Shown one piece after another: positions 9,166 through 18,380 of a stretch of 64,000 nucleotides of DNA (the first letter of the stretch is position 1; each line of letters begins with the position of its first letter). The stretch is from the NCBI GenBank assembly GCA_040398845.1, contig JBBATH010000008.1, positions 17,917-81,916 on the forward strand. The letters are read 5' to 3'. Both the position numbers and the translations under genes were made by a program. Source of the stretch: Candidatus Nanopelagicales bacterium. Lineage in GTDB: Bacteria > Actinomycetota > Actinomycetes > S36-B12. The notes beneath the pieces were generated by a model that was given only the letters and a program-made list of their open reading frames with translations, ran no database searches and was not told where the DNA came from.

Positions 9166-9431
9166 ACACCCCCATCACCTCCGCGGTGCCGCTCGACAAT
9201 CGCGGCGAGATCGATTGGGGATCGTGACGTCGCCACGCTCATCGCCATGCCGAGGGCGCTCAGGGCCCGGAGCACCAGTTGCACCTCGACGCGGCCGTTG
9301 CCCTGCTCGACTCGAACGACCCAGTCACGACTCACTCCGGCTGCATCGGCCAACTGCTGCTGGGTCCAACCCCGCTCCTTGCGCGCCGAGTGAAGGACCC
9401 GGCCGATGTCGGCGGCGGCGTCGATCCTCAT
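9162..9431 (-). CDS. hipB: HipB-like XRE antitoxin
   Basis: ARKERGWTQQQLADAAGVSRDWVVRVEQG. 4-bp overlap with hipA. Confidence 0.85.
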   Translation of the reverse strand: MRIDAAADIGRVLHSARKERGWTQQQLADAAGVSRDWVVRVEQGNGRVEVQLVLRALSALGMAMSVATSRSPIDLAAIVERHRGGDGGV

Positions 9432-9455
9432 TGCTGCTCCCCACTCGGCTGGAAA

Positions 9456-9500
9456 TGTCGTCGAACGCCATCATCGTATGCTTTGTCGGCGTTCGCCTAC
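9456..9500. promoter_or_regulatory. Putative HipB operator
   Basis: CGAACGCC (9462-9469) / GGCGTTCG (9488-9495) inverted repeat just upstream of hipB. Confidence 0.4.
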
Positions 9501-10474
9501 GTCTCGCGCCAGAGAGCATTGGGGTCGACGAGCAGTTCTCGATCAAAGTCGACCATCGCCTGCACCATCTCGGCGAATGACTTGGTGTGCTGCCAGCCGA
9601 GATCGCGATAGGCCGCGCTGCTGTCGCCCTTGAGGACGACCGGGTCGCTGTCGCGCTTGAGGTCCTCGCGAACGGTGACGTGATCGGCCCAGTTGTCGAT
9701 GCCGACGGCTTCGAAGGCCAGATCGAGGAACTCACCAAGTTGATGGGTCTGGCCGGTGGCGAGGATGAAGTCGCGGGGCTCGGCGGCGCGCATCATCAAC
9801 TGCATGCCGCGCACGTAGTCGGGCGCCCAGCCCCAGTCGCGCGAAACATCGAGGTTGCCGAGCTCGAGGCCCTCCTGCAGGCCGGCTGCAATTCGGGCCA
9901 CGCCTTCGGTGATGCGCCGGGTGACGAAACCGCTGCCACGCAGGGGGGATTCATGGTTGTAGAGGATGGCCGCCGAAGCGTGCACCCCATGATCTGAGCG
10001 GTACTGGGCGATGAGATCCATCGCCTCCGCCTTGGCCTTTGCGTAGGGACTGTACGGCGCTCGGGGGGTCGCTTCGTTCTGCGGCGCGACGTCGGTCTTC
10101 TCAAAAATGGTTCCTGACGAGGCCTGCACGAGCCGTCCATGGCCCGGATTCTCGGCGAGTGCCTCCAGAATCGTCCGTACTGCTCCGACATTGACCGCGT
10201 GGGTGCCAACCGGGTCATTGAAGGATTCGACGATCGAGCTGATGCCACCAAGGTTGTAGATCTCATCTGCTGAAACATCCGCGAGCGCCTTGCGAAGCAG
10301 CGCCGAATCGCTCAGGTCGCATTCGATGACCTGAACGGCCGGCGCATAACGCAGGAGGAAGGACGTGTCAGTGCCCGGCTTGACGAGGCCGACGACTTCG
10401 GCGCCCGAGGCAAGCAGGTCCTGCGACAGCAGGATGCCGTCCTGTCCGGCAGCGCCGGTGATGAGAGCGCGCAT
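9497..10474 (-). CDS. GDP-mannose 4,6-dehydratase-like SDR paralogue (possibly a GDP-4-keto-6-deoxyhexose reductase)
   Basis: ITGAAGQDG, PYAKAK (YxxxK), YNHESPLR and RDWGWAPDYV are present. The GMD TSE motif is replaced by SGT. Confidence 0.8.
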   Translation of the reverse strand: MRALITGAAGQDGILLSQDLLASGAEVVGLVKPGTDTSFLLRYAPAVQVIECDLSDSALLRKALADVSADEIYNLGGISSIVESFNDPVGTHAVNVGAVRTILEALAENPGHGRLVQASSGTIFEKTDVAPQNEATPRAPYSPYAKAKAEAMDLIAQYRSDHGVHASAAILYNHESPLRGSGFVTRRITEGVARIAAGLQEGLELGNLDVSRDWGWAPDYVRGMQLMMRAAEPRDFILATGQTHQLGEFLDLAFEAVGIDNWADHVTVREDLKRDSDPVVLKGDSSAAYRDLGWQHTKSFAEMVQAMVDFDRELLVDPNALWRET

Positions 10475-10481
10475 TCAGGAC

Positions 10482-11486
10482 CTAGAACGAGCCTTCTTTG
10501 GCGCCCTCAAGGCGTGCGATGTCGGCGTCGACCATGATGCGAGCGAGTTCAGGCGGGAGCACCTTGGCCTCCCAGCCGAGCTTGGCCTTCGCCTTGCTCG
10601 CATCGCCGATGAGCTCATCGACCTCGGTCGGGCGAAGGAACTTAGGATCGAACTTGACGTAGTCCTCCCAGTTCAGGCCAGCATGCTCGAAGGCGAGGGT
10701 GAGGAAGTCGCGGATCGTGTAGGCGGTGCCGGTGGCGAGCACGAAGTCCTCGGGCTCGTCGGCCTGCAGCATGCGCCACATGCCGTCGGTGTATTCGCGG
10801 GCGTAGCCCCAGTCGCGGATGGAGTCGAGGTTGCCCATCCAGAGTTCCTTCTGAAGGCCCTTGACGATATTCGCCACCGCGAGGGTGATCTTTCGGGTCA
10901 CGAAGGTCTCGCCGCGGCGGGGAGACTCGTGATTGAAGAGCTGCCCATTGACAGCGAACATGTCGTAGGCCTCGCGGTAGTTCTTGGTGATCCAGTAGCT
11001 GTAGACCTTCGCGGCGCCGTACGGGCTGCGCGGGTAGAACGGGGTGTCCTCGTTCTGCGGGGGCGGGCTGGCGCCGAACATCTCGCTCGTGCTCGCCTGG
11101 TAGAACCGGATCGACGTGTCAGTGCTGCGGATCGCCTCAAGCATGTTGATCGTGCTCACGCCCGTTGCCTGCGCGGTGAAGACCGGCTCGTCGAAGCTCA
11201 CCCGCACATGCGACTGCGCCGCAAGGTTGTAAACCTCATGCGGGTGGATGTCGTGAACGAGCGCCGACATCCGCGCGGCATCGGTGACATCCCCATAGTG
11301 GAGGTGAAGGTTCTTGCCGGGGGTGTGGTCATCCTTGTGTAGGTGGTCAATTCGCGAGCGGTTGAACGTCGACGACCTACGCACGATGCCGTGCACCTCA
11401 TAGCCCTTGTCGAGCAACTGCTCGGCCATGTACGAGCCGTCCTGACCTGTCACGCCGGTGATGAGCGCGCGCTTGGCTTCAGACAA
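10482..11486 (-). CDS. gmd: GDP-mannose 4,6-dehydratase
   Basis: ALITGVTGQDGSY, YNLAAQSHV, ASTSEMFG, SPYGAAK, FNHESPRRG. Start is TTG 11486 after GGAGGAA. Confidence 0.95.
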   Translation of the reverse strand: MSEAKRALITGVTGQDGSYMAEQLLDKGYEVHGIVRRSSTFNRSRIDHLHKDDHTPGKNLHLHYGDVTDAARMSALVHDIHPHEVYNLAAQSHVRVSFDEPVFTAQATGVSTINMLEAIRSTDTSIRFYQASTSEMFGASPPPQNEDTPFYPRSPYGAAKVYSYWITKNYREAYDMFAVNGQLFNHESPRRGETFVTRKITLAVANIVKGLQKELWMGNLDSIRDWGYAREYTDGMWRMLQADEPEDFVLATGTAYTIRDFLTLAFEHAGLNWEDYVKFDPKFLRPTEVDELIGDASKAKAKLGWEAKVLPPELARIMVDADIARLEGAKEGSF

Positions 11487-11626
11487 GGGTTCCTCCGAGC
11501 GTTCTTCAGGCGAGCGGCTCACGCTCGATCTGGGGGACGGCAATGGCCGCAGCCTACCCCTTGGATTGGCGCTCTCTGCGGCCGATCGGCGGGCCAAAGG
11601 GGGGCGGTTGGAAAGACGACTCGACG

Positions 11627-12280
11627 TCACCGACCGTCGAGGACGAGTCGGACTCGCCGCACCCCCTCATCGGCCCCGTCAACGGACGCGAGCTCGCCCC
11701 CCTGGGACTCCAGTGCATCAAGGGCGGCGGAGATCCGCCTGATTTCGCGGGGTGTGAACGATGCATGCCGCAGATCGCCAGCATTCACGATCGCGCACAG
11801 AACAACGACTTCAATCAAGTGACGTTCGCGATACCGATCCTGCGTGACGGAGTACGCCGCCGACTTCATCAAAAGCGCGCCCAGAAGTGAGGGGCGGTAG
11901 ACGACCCCCGTCACTCCTGTTCGACGGCGAGCTCTCTCACCGAGGCTGCTCGGAATCAGCACATCAATCTGAGCCTGATCACGCACCCATCGATGCTGGT
12001 GCCCCTCCCAAGACTCCCCGCTCGATCGGAAACCAACACTGCTCAGAGCTCCTGTGAACGTCCTCAACATCTGCGGATGCGCGCGGATATCGAGCACTGT
12101 GTCGACGTCGTCGGTCGGACGGTTCGGGAAGGCGCCTCGCTCCCAGCAGTGAAGATGCACCATCTGGGCGCCGACGAGACACCAGCCTGCTGGGACGATT
12201 TCCGCCTCCGCGAGCAAGCCACGCCAGGACTGGGCCTGGCCTTCGGTGAGGGCGGGGATCTTCAGGATCACTCCCGCCAC
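11627..12280 (-). CDS. Putative nucleotidyltransferase toxin (AbiEii-like)
   Basis: WCLVGAQMV and RPTDDVD (G...DxD) motifs, LLMKSAA. Overlaps the upstream HTH gene. Confidence 0.6.
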   Translation of the reverse strand: MAGVILKIPALTEGQAQSWRGLLAEAEIVPAGWCLVGAQMVHLHCWERGAFPNRPTDDVDTVLDIRAHPQMLRTFTGALSSVGFRSSGESWEGHQHRWVRDQAQIDVLIPSSLGERARRRTGVTGVVYRPSLLGALLMKSAAYSVTQDRYRERHLIEVVVLCAIVNAGDLRHASFTPREIRRISAALDALESQGGELASVDGADEGVRRVRLVLDGR

Positions 12281-12900
12281 AGCAATCTGGCGACCTGCGC
12301 GTCCTCGCGCGGCGAATTCCGGTCCGCGAGATCGGCAATGACGAGGCCCAACGGTGCAGGGGATCCAATCGCGTGATCCACCACATGCAGGAGCACGTTG
12401 GTTTGCGACGACGGAACCAGGAGGAAATCCCGCGTCAAGGCGGCGAGATCGTTCCCCTTGACATATCCCTCGAACTCACCACTCGATGAAAGTCGCGCAC
12501 GAGGGTCACTGATGCCCGATGGCACGAATCGCGCATCCGCTGCGAACCGGGGACCATCGTCCCGGCCGACTGCGAACTTGGCGACGGGGCATCGTGAGTG
12601 CAGCCACGACGACAGGAGCCGGGCTGGATCTTCATGTTCAGCGACCTCACGCAGCCGGGATGTCTCGGCCGGGTCCAAGTCCGGATCCATGGCGCCGCCA
12701 GAGAGCAAGCCGATGAAGGCCCATGCCATCTTGCGACTCATGGGACGGCGGATGAACGCCCGCCTGCGCAATTCTCGGGAGTCGATCAACCACAGTCCGC
12801 CGGTCCGGCGAGCGGCCACCCTCCCTTGTTCAATCAACTGCAGCACTCTTCGCGGGGATATGCCTTGGGAGATTGCGAACTCGGTGACTCCAAGGTCCAT
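12268..12900 (-). CDS. Excisionase-type HTH protein, putative type IV antitoxin
   Basis: N-terminal GISPRRVLQLIEQGRVAARRTGGLWLID and C-terminal LVIADLAD...PRE. Confidence 0.65.
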   Translation of the reverse strand: MDLGVTEFAISQGISPRRVLQLIEQGRVAARRTGGLWLIDSRELRRRAFIRRPMSRKMAWAFIGLLSGGAMDPDLDPAETSRLREVAEHEDPARLLSSWLHSRCPVAKFAVGRDDGPRFAADARFVPSGISDPRARLSSSGEFEGYVKGNDLAALTRDFLLVPSSQTNVLLHVVDHAIGSPAPLGLVIADLADRNSPREDAQVARLLWRE

Positions 12901-13032
12901 GACAGACGTATACGGATGTACGAATATTTGTGTCCACGGCTCTTTTGGGGCACCGAGCGCTCCGCGACCGTGTCACAGGAGTCAGCGGGCACGGCCAGGG
13001 ACACCCTTTGGCCTCATGGGACTGTCGCAGCG

Positions 13033-14070
13033 GTGAGTCGGCGCTCCTGGCCCCTCGACGCCCTGCACGTGTTCGCAGCGCTCGTCGTTTTCTGCCAGCA
13101 CTGGGGGCACTACGGCCTCGGCGACCTCGCCGGGCCCGGTGCTCCCTCGATGCTCATGCGCTACGGCTTCATGGGCGTCGATGCCTTCTTCTTCATCTCC
13201 GGGGTCGTCATCACCCGCTCGGCAGTCGGACGCCACCCGCGCGATTTCGTCGTTGCGCGGTTCGCGCGCCTCGCCCCCGCGTACTTGCTCATCCTCGGCG
13301 CGACAATCGTCGTCGACATCTTGGTCTCGGACCCGCGGCTGAGCTTCGAGTCGGCGCTGTCATCGCTCACATTCTCGGAGTACGTCACCGGCACCGAGTC
13401 GGGCGGCCTGCTGATCCTCGACTCATGGACGCTCTGGGTCGAGATCCAGTTCTACCTGCTCATCGCGTTCGTCTTGCTCGCCGGTCTCCTGCTGCCGCGC
13501 TTGGGCAAGCGGCTCCCGTCCCGCTGCTGTCGCAATTGCGGGTCGTCTACCCCGTCTGGCTCGCGCTGCTCGCGATGGCGCTCGCCAACGTCCAGGAGAT
13601 TCCGGGCCTCCTCACCCTTGCCGGGTACGCATCGATTTTCCTTTGCGGAGCTCTCTTTGGGACGGTTGTCTCGTGGCGCGGCGATCGAGCCCACCGACTT
13701 CGGTGGCGCGCTCGCCCCCACGCTTGTCGGGGTCGGGCTGGTGCTCCTCTGCGTTGCGGCAGCCCTCGGGAGCCTCTCGGCCCGGCCGCTGCCCGTGCGG
13801 CTCGCGAAGGTGCTCACCCTGTGCGCGCTCGCCACCTACCCGCTGTACCTCATGCATCAGGAGCTCGGCAATCGCCTTGTCATCTGGCTGCAGGGCACCG
13901 GCGGACTCGCCGCGCCACTGGCGCTGATCATCGCCTTCGCCGTCGTCGTCGCGCTCTCGCTGTTTCTCTCTTCACGACTCGAGCCCGTTGCGCGACGCTG
14001 GATCGTCGCGACGTGGCGCCCGACCCCCACGCAGCCGGAGCAAGAGTCGCCCATCTCACCGAAGGGCTGA
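13033..14070 (+). pseudogene. Acyltransferase_3 (OafA-like), internally frameshifted
   Basis: LDALH...VVFCQH, GVDAFFFISG, RFARLAP, WTLWVEIQFY and TYPLYLMHQ. The hydrophobic sequence at ~13515-13680 lies in a different frame. Confidence 0.7.
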
Positions 14071-15183
14071 GATCGACCGACCCCCTCGGATTCGATCCAT
14101 CAACTCGACGAGCGGCGCACCGGCCACGTAGCGACGTCCCCTTCTTTCCCCTCGTGTCTCGAGCAGGCCCGCTTCGACGAGCCGGCGTAGGTCGCCTCCC
14201 GCTGTCTGCTCCGAGATTTGCTCGGAGGCAATCTCGAAGCTCGCTCGATACGTGCCATTGCGCACACGCAGACCTTGTGTCGCATCGAAGAGGGCGGACA
14301 ACGACCGCTCGGGCAGCCGGAGGTCAGCGACGAGCTCAGAGAGCGCGAGCCAAAGGTGCTCGCTCTCACGCACGCGTTCCAGCAGTGTCTGCGCCTGGCG
14401 CACGTGTGCGGTCAGCATGAACTCCACCCAAGGCCTCGTATCGCGGGCTGGCTGCCAGCTTCCGCCGCCGACCGTGGCCAGCACGTCGTAGTACTCCTGC
14501 GTGTGCTGGCCGAGGTACTCCTCGATGCTCATGAAGACCGGGGATAGCACGCCGGTGCGCGCGAGGACGAGGCTCTGCAGGCAGCGGGCCGCTCGGCCAT
14601 TGCCGTCACGGAAGGGGTGCACCATCACTAGGTTGAGGTGGGCAAGGGCCGCTCGGACAAGGGGCGGCTCGGTGGACGACTCATTCAAGGAGCCGCACAG
14701 TTCGCGAATGAGGTGCGGGACCTCGCCGATGTCTGGGCCCTCGTAGACGATTGAGCCATCGATGTTGCGCCGCACGAAGATCGCTCCGGTGCGCCACAGG
14801 CCCGGCCGGTTGGCGAGCGAATCGCTCGTCATCATGAAGTGCAGGCTCTTCAAGAGCCGCTCGTCATAGTCAAAGTCATCGTCGTCTGACATCTGCAGCA
14901 CGTATGTCATTGCCTCGCGGTAACCGACGAGCGCCCGGCGCGTTCCCTCGTCCACGCTGATCGGGTCCTGCCGGGCAACGACCGCAGCCGCGTCGTCGAG
15001 GCCCGCGACGAACCCTTCGATGCTGTTTGATCCTTGGATATTGCGGGCGAACGACAGCCGCCGCAGTGATCCGGTCCAGCGCTTCGGCTCCTGCAACTGC
15101 CACCGCAGGCGGCTGCGGTAGTCCCCGATCTCCTCTAGGAGGGCCCGGTCACTGTCCGTGAGGGTCGGAGCCGTGAACAACAC
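14056..15183 (-). CDS. Fic-family protein (class II) with C-terminal winged HTH
   Basis: HPFRDGNGRAAR Fic motif and SNSIEG inhibitory motif. GTG 15183 follows GGAGG. Confidence 0.9.
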   Translation of the reverse strand: MLFTAPTLTDSDRALLEEIGDYRSRLRWQLQEPKRWTGSLRRLSFARNIQGSNSIEGFVAGLDDAAAVVARQDPISVDEGTRRALVGYREAMTYVLQMSDDDDFDYDERLLKSLHFMMTSDSLANRPGLWRTGAIFVRRNIDGSIVYEGPDIGEVPHLIRELCGSLNESSTEPPLVRAALAHLNLVMVHPFRDGNGRAARCLQSLVLARTGVLSPVFMSIEEYLGQHTQEYYDVLATVGGGSWQPARDTRPWVEFMLTAHVRQAQTLLERVRESEHLWLALSELVADLRLPERSLSALFDATQGLRVRNGTYRASFEIASEQISEQTAGGDLRRLVEAGLLETRGERRGRRYVAGAPLVELMDRIRGGRSISALR

Positions 15184-15330
15184 GTGCGTACCTCCGCCCA
15201 TCGGATATTTATAGTTTATAACGTTACATTTCTTTGAATCAAACCATGTTTCTTGAGGGTCTACCCGCACGTCGCCCGAGGACGTTTCAGGGTCGGCCCA
15301 GTCTGGCGGCCTAGACTTCGGAGCGTGGAC

Positions 15331-16164
15331 GTGTCGGTAGTCGCGGTCGTTCCGACATACCGTCCGGACGCAGCAGAACTCCTCGCCCTCGTGACGTCTC
15401 TCACCGCTGATGGCCTCGCGGTGCTCGCCACCGACGACGCCTCTCCCTGCACTTCGGACCCAGCCCTGAGCGAGATCGAATCTCTCGGGGTCGATGTCGT
15501 CAGGCACCGTCATAATCGGGGGATCGCCCGCGGCCTGAACGATGGCCTCGCCTTCGCCGTTGCTCGCGGGGCGACCTGGCTGCTCACCGTCGACCAGGAT
15601 TCGTCGCTGCCGCCCGACTACGTGGCGGCCTTGCTCGCCGCAACGACCGATCGGGTCGGTGTCATCGGTGCCGAAATCATCAGCGACGCCAGTGGCGACG
15701 TCCGATATCCAACGACCCATAGGGATGGCCACCTCACGACCGAGGAGGTCTTCCAGACCGGCTCGCTCTGGTCGGTGGCCGCTCTCACCGCCATCGGCGG
15801 GTTCGATGAGGCGCTCGGCATCGACGCGGTGGACGCCGCTGCGTGCCTTCGCCTGCGTGAGCGCGGGTTCATCGTGGCCCTCGCCCCCGGCGTGCGGCTC
15901 GAGCATCGCGTGGGCGCGGCACGTCAGGTCACCCTTCTCGGCCGAACGGTGCTCGCAACCGGCCACAGCCCCGAGCGCCGCACCACCATGGTTCGCAACA
16001 GGCTGCGGCTCGCCCCCGCCGAATTCAGGCAGTCGCCGAAGCACGCCCTTCGCACCCTTCGGCGCGTAGGCGTCAACGCCGTCCTCGGTGCCACCGTCGA
16101 AGAGAACCGCTGGGCGAAGACCAAGGGGACCATCAAGGGGCTATGGCCGCGCGCGAGCCGTTAG
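15331..16164 (+). CDS. GT2 glycosyltransferase (rhamnosyltransferase-like)
   Basis: [31 protein letters not shown]. Directly upstream of rmlA. Confidence 0.85.
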   Translation: MSVVAVVPTYRPDAAELLALVTSLTADGLAVLATDDASPCTSDPALSEIESLGVDVVRHRHNRGIARGLNDGLAFAVARGATWLLTVDQDSSLPPDYVAALLAATTDRVGVIGAEIISDASGDVRYPTTHRDGHLTTEEVFQTGSLWSVAALTAIGGFDEALGIDAVDAAACLRLRERGFIVALAPGVRLEHRVGAARQVTLLGRTVLATGHSPERRTTMVRNRLRLAPAEFRQSPKHALRTLRRVGVNAVLGATVEENRWAKTKGTIKGLWPRASR

Positions 16165-16192
16165 CCTTGCGAGTCTTCGAAAGGGGCATAAC

Positions 16193-17053
16193 GTGAAGGG
16201 CATCATCCTGGCCGGCGGGACCGGCAGCCGCCTATGGCCGATCACCAAGGGCGTGAGCAAGCAACTGCTCCCCGTCTACGACAAGCCGATGATCCACTAC
16301 CCGCTGTCGACCCTCATGGCGGCCGGGTTGCGAGAGATCCTCATCATCACCACGCCGGACGACTCAGAGCCCTTTTCGCGCCTGCTCGGCGACGGCTCAG
16401 ATCTCGGCATGACGATCCAATACGCCGTGCAGCCGAAGCCCGAGGGGCTCGCCCAGGCGTTCCTTATCGGCGCCGAGTTCCTCGCCGGCGATCAGGCCGC
16501 CCTCATCCTCGGCGACAACCTCTTCTACGGCCACGGCCTCGGACGCAAGCTCTCGGCCCTCACGAACCAAAGCGGCGCCCACGTATTCGCCTACGAGGTC
16601 GCAAACCCGAGCGAGTACGGCGTCGTGGAGTTCGATGCCGACGGCACGGCACTCTCCGTCGAAGAGAAGCCGGCCAACCCCAAGAGCAATTACGCGATCC
16701 CGGGCCTGTACTTCTACGACGAGACCGTCGTCGACGTCGTGAAGACCATCAAGCCGAGCGCCCGCGGCGAACTCGAGATCACCGCCGTCAACGACCACTA
16801 CCTGCGCGCCGGCACCCTCAGCGTCACCGTGCTCGAGCGCGGAACCGCCTGGCTCGACACCGGCACCTTCAGGTCACTTCAGGACGCCGGCGAGTTCGTG
16901 CGGGTCATCGAGGACCGGCAGGGGACGAAGATCGGTTGCATCGAGGAAGTCGCCTGGCGCAATGGGTGGATCGACGACGCTCAGCTGCTCGTACACGCCG
17001 AGGCGCTCGCGAAGTCCGGGTACGGCGGCTACCTGCACGGACTCATCCGGTAG
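16193..17053 (+). CDS. rmlA: Glucose-1-phosphate thymidylyltransferase
   Basis: [50 protein letters not shown]. Confidence 0.97.
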   Translation: MKGIILAGGTGSRLWPITKGVSKQLLPVYDKPMIHYPLSTLMAAGLREILIITTPDDSEPFSRLLGDGSDLGMTIQYAVQPKPEGLAQAFLIGAEFLAGDQAALILGDNLFYGHGLGRKLSALTNQSGAHVFAYEVANPSEYGVVEFDADGTALSVEEKPANPKSNYAIPGLYFYDETVVDVVKTIKPSARGELEITAVNDHYLRAGTLSVTVLERGTAWLDTGTFRSLQDAGEFVRVIEDRQGTKIGCIEEVAWRNGWIDDAQLLVHAEALAKSGYGGYLHGLIR

Positions 17054-17085
17054 GCGATCAGAGACCGGGCCTGTGTCCGTACTCG

Positions 17086-17541
17086 TCAGCCAGGCTGATG
17101 AGTCGTACCCTTCGACTCAAACGCCACATCGCCTTCCCTGACTCCATCGATCCAGAGCTCCCATCGCAACCGCTGGCTGGGAGGGAGCGGAAGCGGGCCA
17201 AAATTGAAGGCCATCGGGAACGCGATTGGTGCCCCTGCGGTGTGGCCCTCAGGACGTCCAACTTCAAACTCGCCAGCAATAGCCACCGGCTGCATCCCCG
17301 CCGGCCCCTGCTGGAAAACGGGCTCGCCATCGGCCTGCAATAACCGCAACTCGAATGGGATCCCACGATTCGTACTCGTCCAAGGGACGTGGATGAGTGC
17401 GGCGATCCCGAAGGGGACCCCCGGATCAATCCAGGTCCACCCGGCGCCGTTGATGAAGAGCTTGCTATCGGCGATAGAAACGAAGTCACAGAGCAACAAC
17501 TGCACATCGAAGCCGGACAGCGCGTTCGAGTTCTCCGTCAT
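17086..17541 (-). CDS. Conserved beta-rich hypothetical protein (DUF6941-like), third gene of the hicAB operon
   Basis: LLLCDF...KLFINGAGW and VPWTSTN pattern. 4-bp overlap with hicB. Confidence 0.55.
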   Translation of the reverse strand: MTENSNALSGFDVQLLLCDFVSIADSKLFINGAGWTWIDPGVPFGIAALIHVPWTSTNRGIPFELRLLQADGEPVFQQGPAGMQPVAIAGEFEVGRPEGHTAGAPIAFPMAFNFGPLPLPPSQRLRWELWIDGVREGDVAFESKGTTHQPG

Positions 17542-17831
17542 GCGGTCGACTTCTCGCGCATCGTTGCGCGGGGAGTTCGGGTTTCCATTCGCTGATCCGA
17601 GGATCCCCCGCTTCGAGGCACCCAGGTCGCGTCACCAACCGATTGAGCACCGGCCATGGACTCGGCGACGAGCACTGGCTTGTCGGTATCCAGGTGGAAT
17701 GCGAGCGCACCGCGCACTGCAACCTGCAGTGCGGCGAGAGTCGGGGCCACCACTGTGAAGCCCTCGAGGTCGGGGCTATCCGCCCACCATGTGCCGTCCT
17801 CGTAATGCATGACGACGTGGGTGTGTCTCAC
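17538..17831 (-). CDS. hicB: HicB-like antitoxin (no DNA-binding domain evident)
   Basis: VVMHYEDGTWWADSPDLEGFTVVAPTL. GTG 17831 overlaps the hicA stop and follows GGAGA. Confidence 0.75.
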   Translation of the reverse strand: MRHTHVVMHYEDGTWWADSPDLEGFTVVAPTLAALQVAVRGALAFHLDTDKPVLVAESMAGAQSVGDATWVPRSGGSSDQRMETRTPRATMREKSTA

Positions 17832-18076
17832 GATGTCTCCTTGCCCAGTAGTTTCAGAGCCTGTTCTTCGGTCAGTCCTACATCCTTCACGAGGATCTTG
17901 CGCACCACTCCAGGAGGTATGGTGGAACCACCATGGTACGAGAATGTCAGAGACGGTCGCCCCGCTGCGACGAAACGGCGATGTGACCCGGTCTGGCGGG
18001 CCACGCTGTAGTTCAACGGCGCTCGAAGAAGGACCCGCTCCAATTCCCGAGCCTTCAAGGACGGGAATTGCGGCAC
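17828..18076 (-). CDS. hicA: HicA-family mRNA interferase
   Basis: 82 aa, ARQTGSHRRF (GSH motif), TIPPGVVRKIL. Confidence 0.85.
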   Translation of the reverse strand: MPQFPSLKARELERVLLRAPLNYSVARQTGSHRRFVAAGRPSLTFSYHGGSTIPPGVVRKILVKDVGLTEEQALKLLGKETS

Positions 18077-18183
18077 TCACTGATTCTGACACCTCGCGAC
18101 GCTGGCTGGGAATGCTGGAATCAGCAATCGGTGCGCCACCCTTCACGGCTGTGGAAAACTGTATTCTCGAATTCAGTTGGCCA

Positions 18184-18380
18184 GGCGAGCGCAAGATCAC
18201 CGCCGTCAGCGACCACTACCTGCGCGCCGGTACCCTGAGCGTCACGGTGCTCGAGCGCGGGAGCGCCTGGCGCAATGGGTGGATCGACGACGCTCAGCTG
18301 CTCGTGCACGCCGAGGCGCTTGCGAAGTCCGGGTACGGCGGATACCTGAGCAACCTCGTCCGATAGGCGATCAGCGACCA
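18184..18380 (+). pseudogene. Duplicated, internally deleted 3' fragment of rmlA
   Basis: Near-identical to 16766-17067 but lacks the 105 bp between the two CGCCTGGC sites (16846 and 16951). Most differences are synonymous. Confidence 0.92.

Noticed and set aside
12930-14420. 496-aa Arg-rich plus-strand ORF
   Set aside because: An off-frame GC-rich shadow. Only ~55 codons are meaningful, as the shifted part of the acyltransferase.
15184-16044. Apparent 662-aa Fic fusion
   Set aside because: The extension is the antisense of the GT2 gene. A good RBS and start exist at 15183.
17809-18366. 185-aa plus-strand ORF ending in an RmlA-like tail
   Set aside because: A chimera of antisense hicA and the duplicated rmlA fragment, not a real gene.
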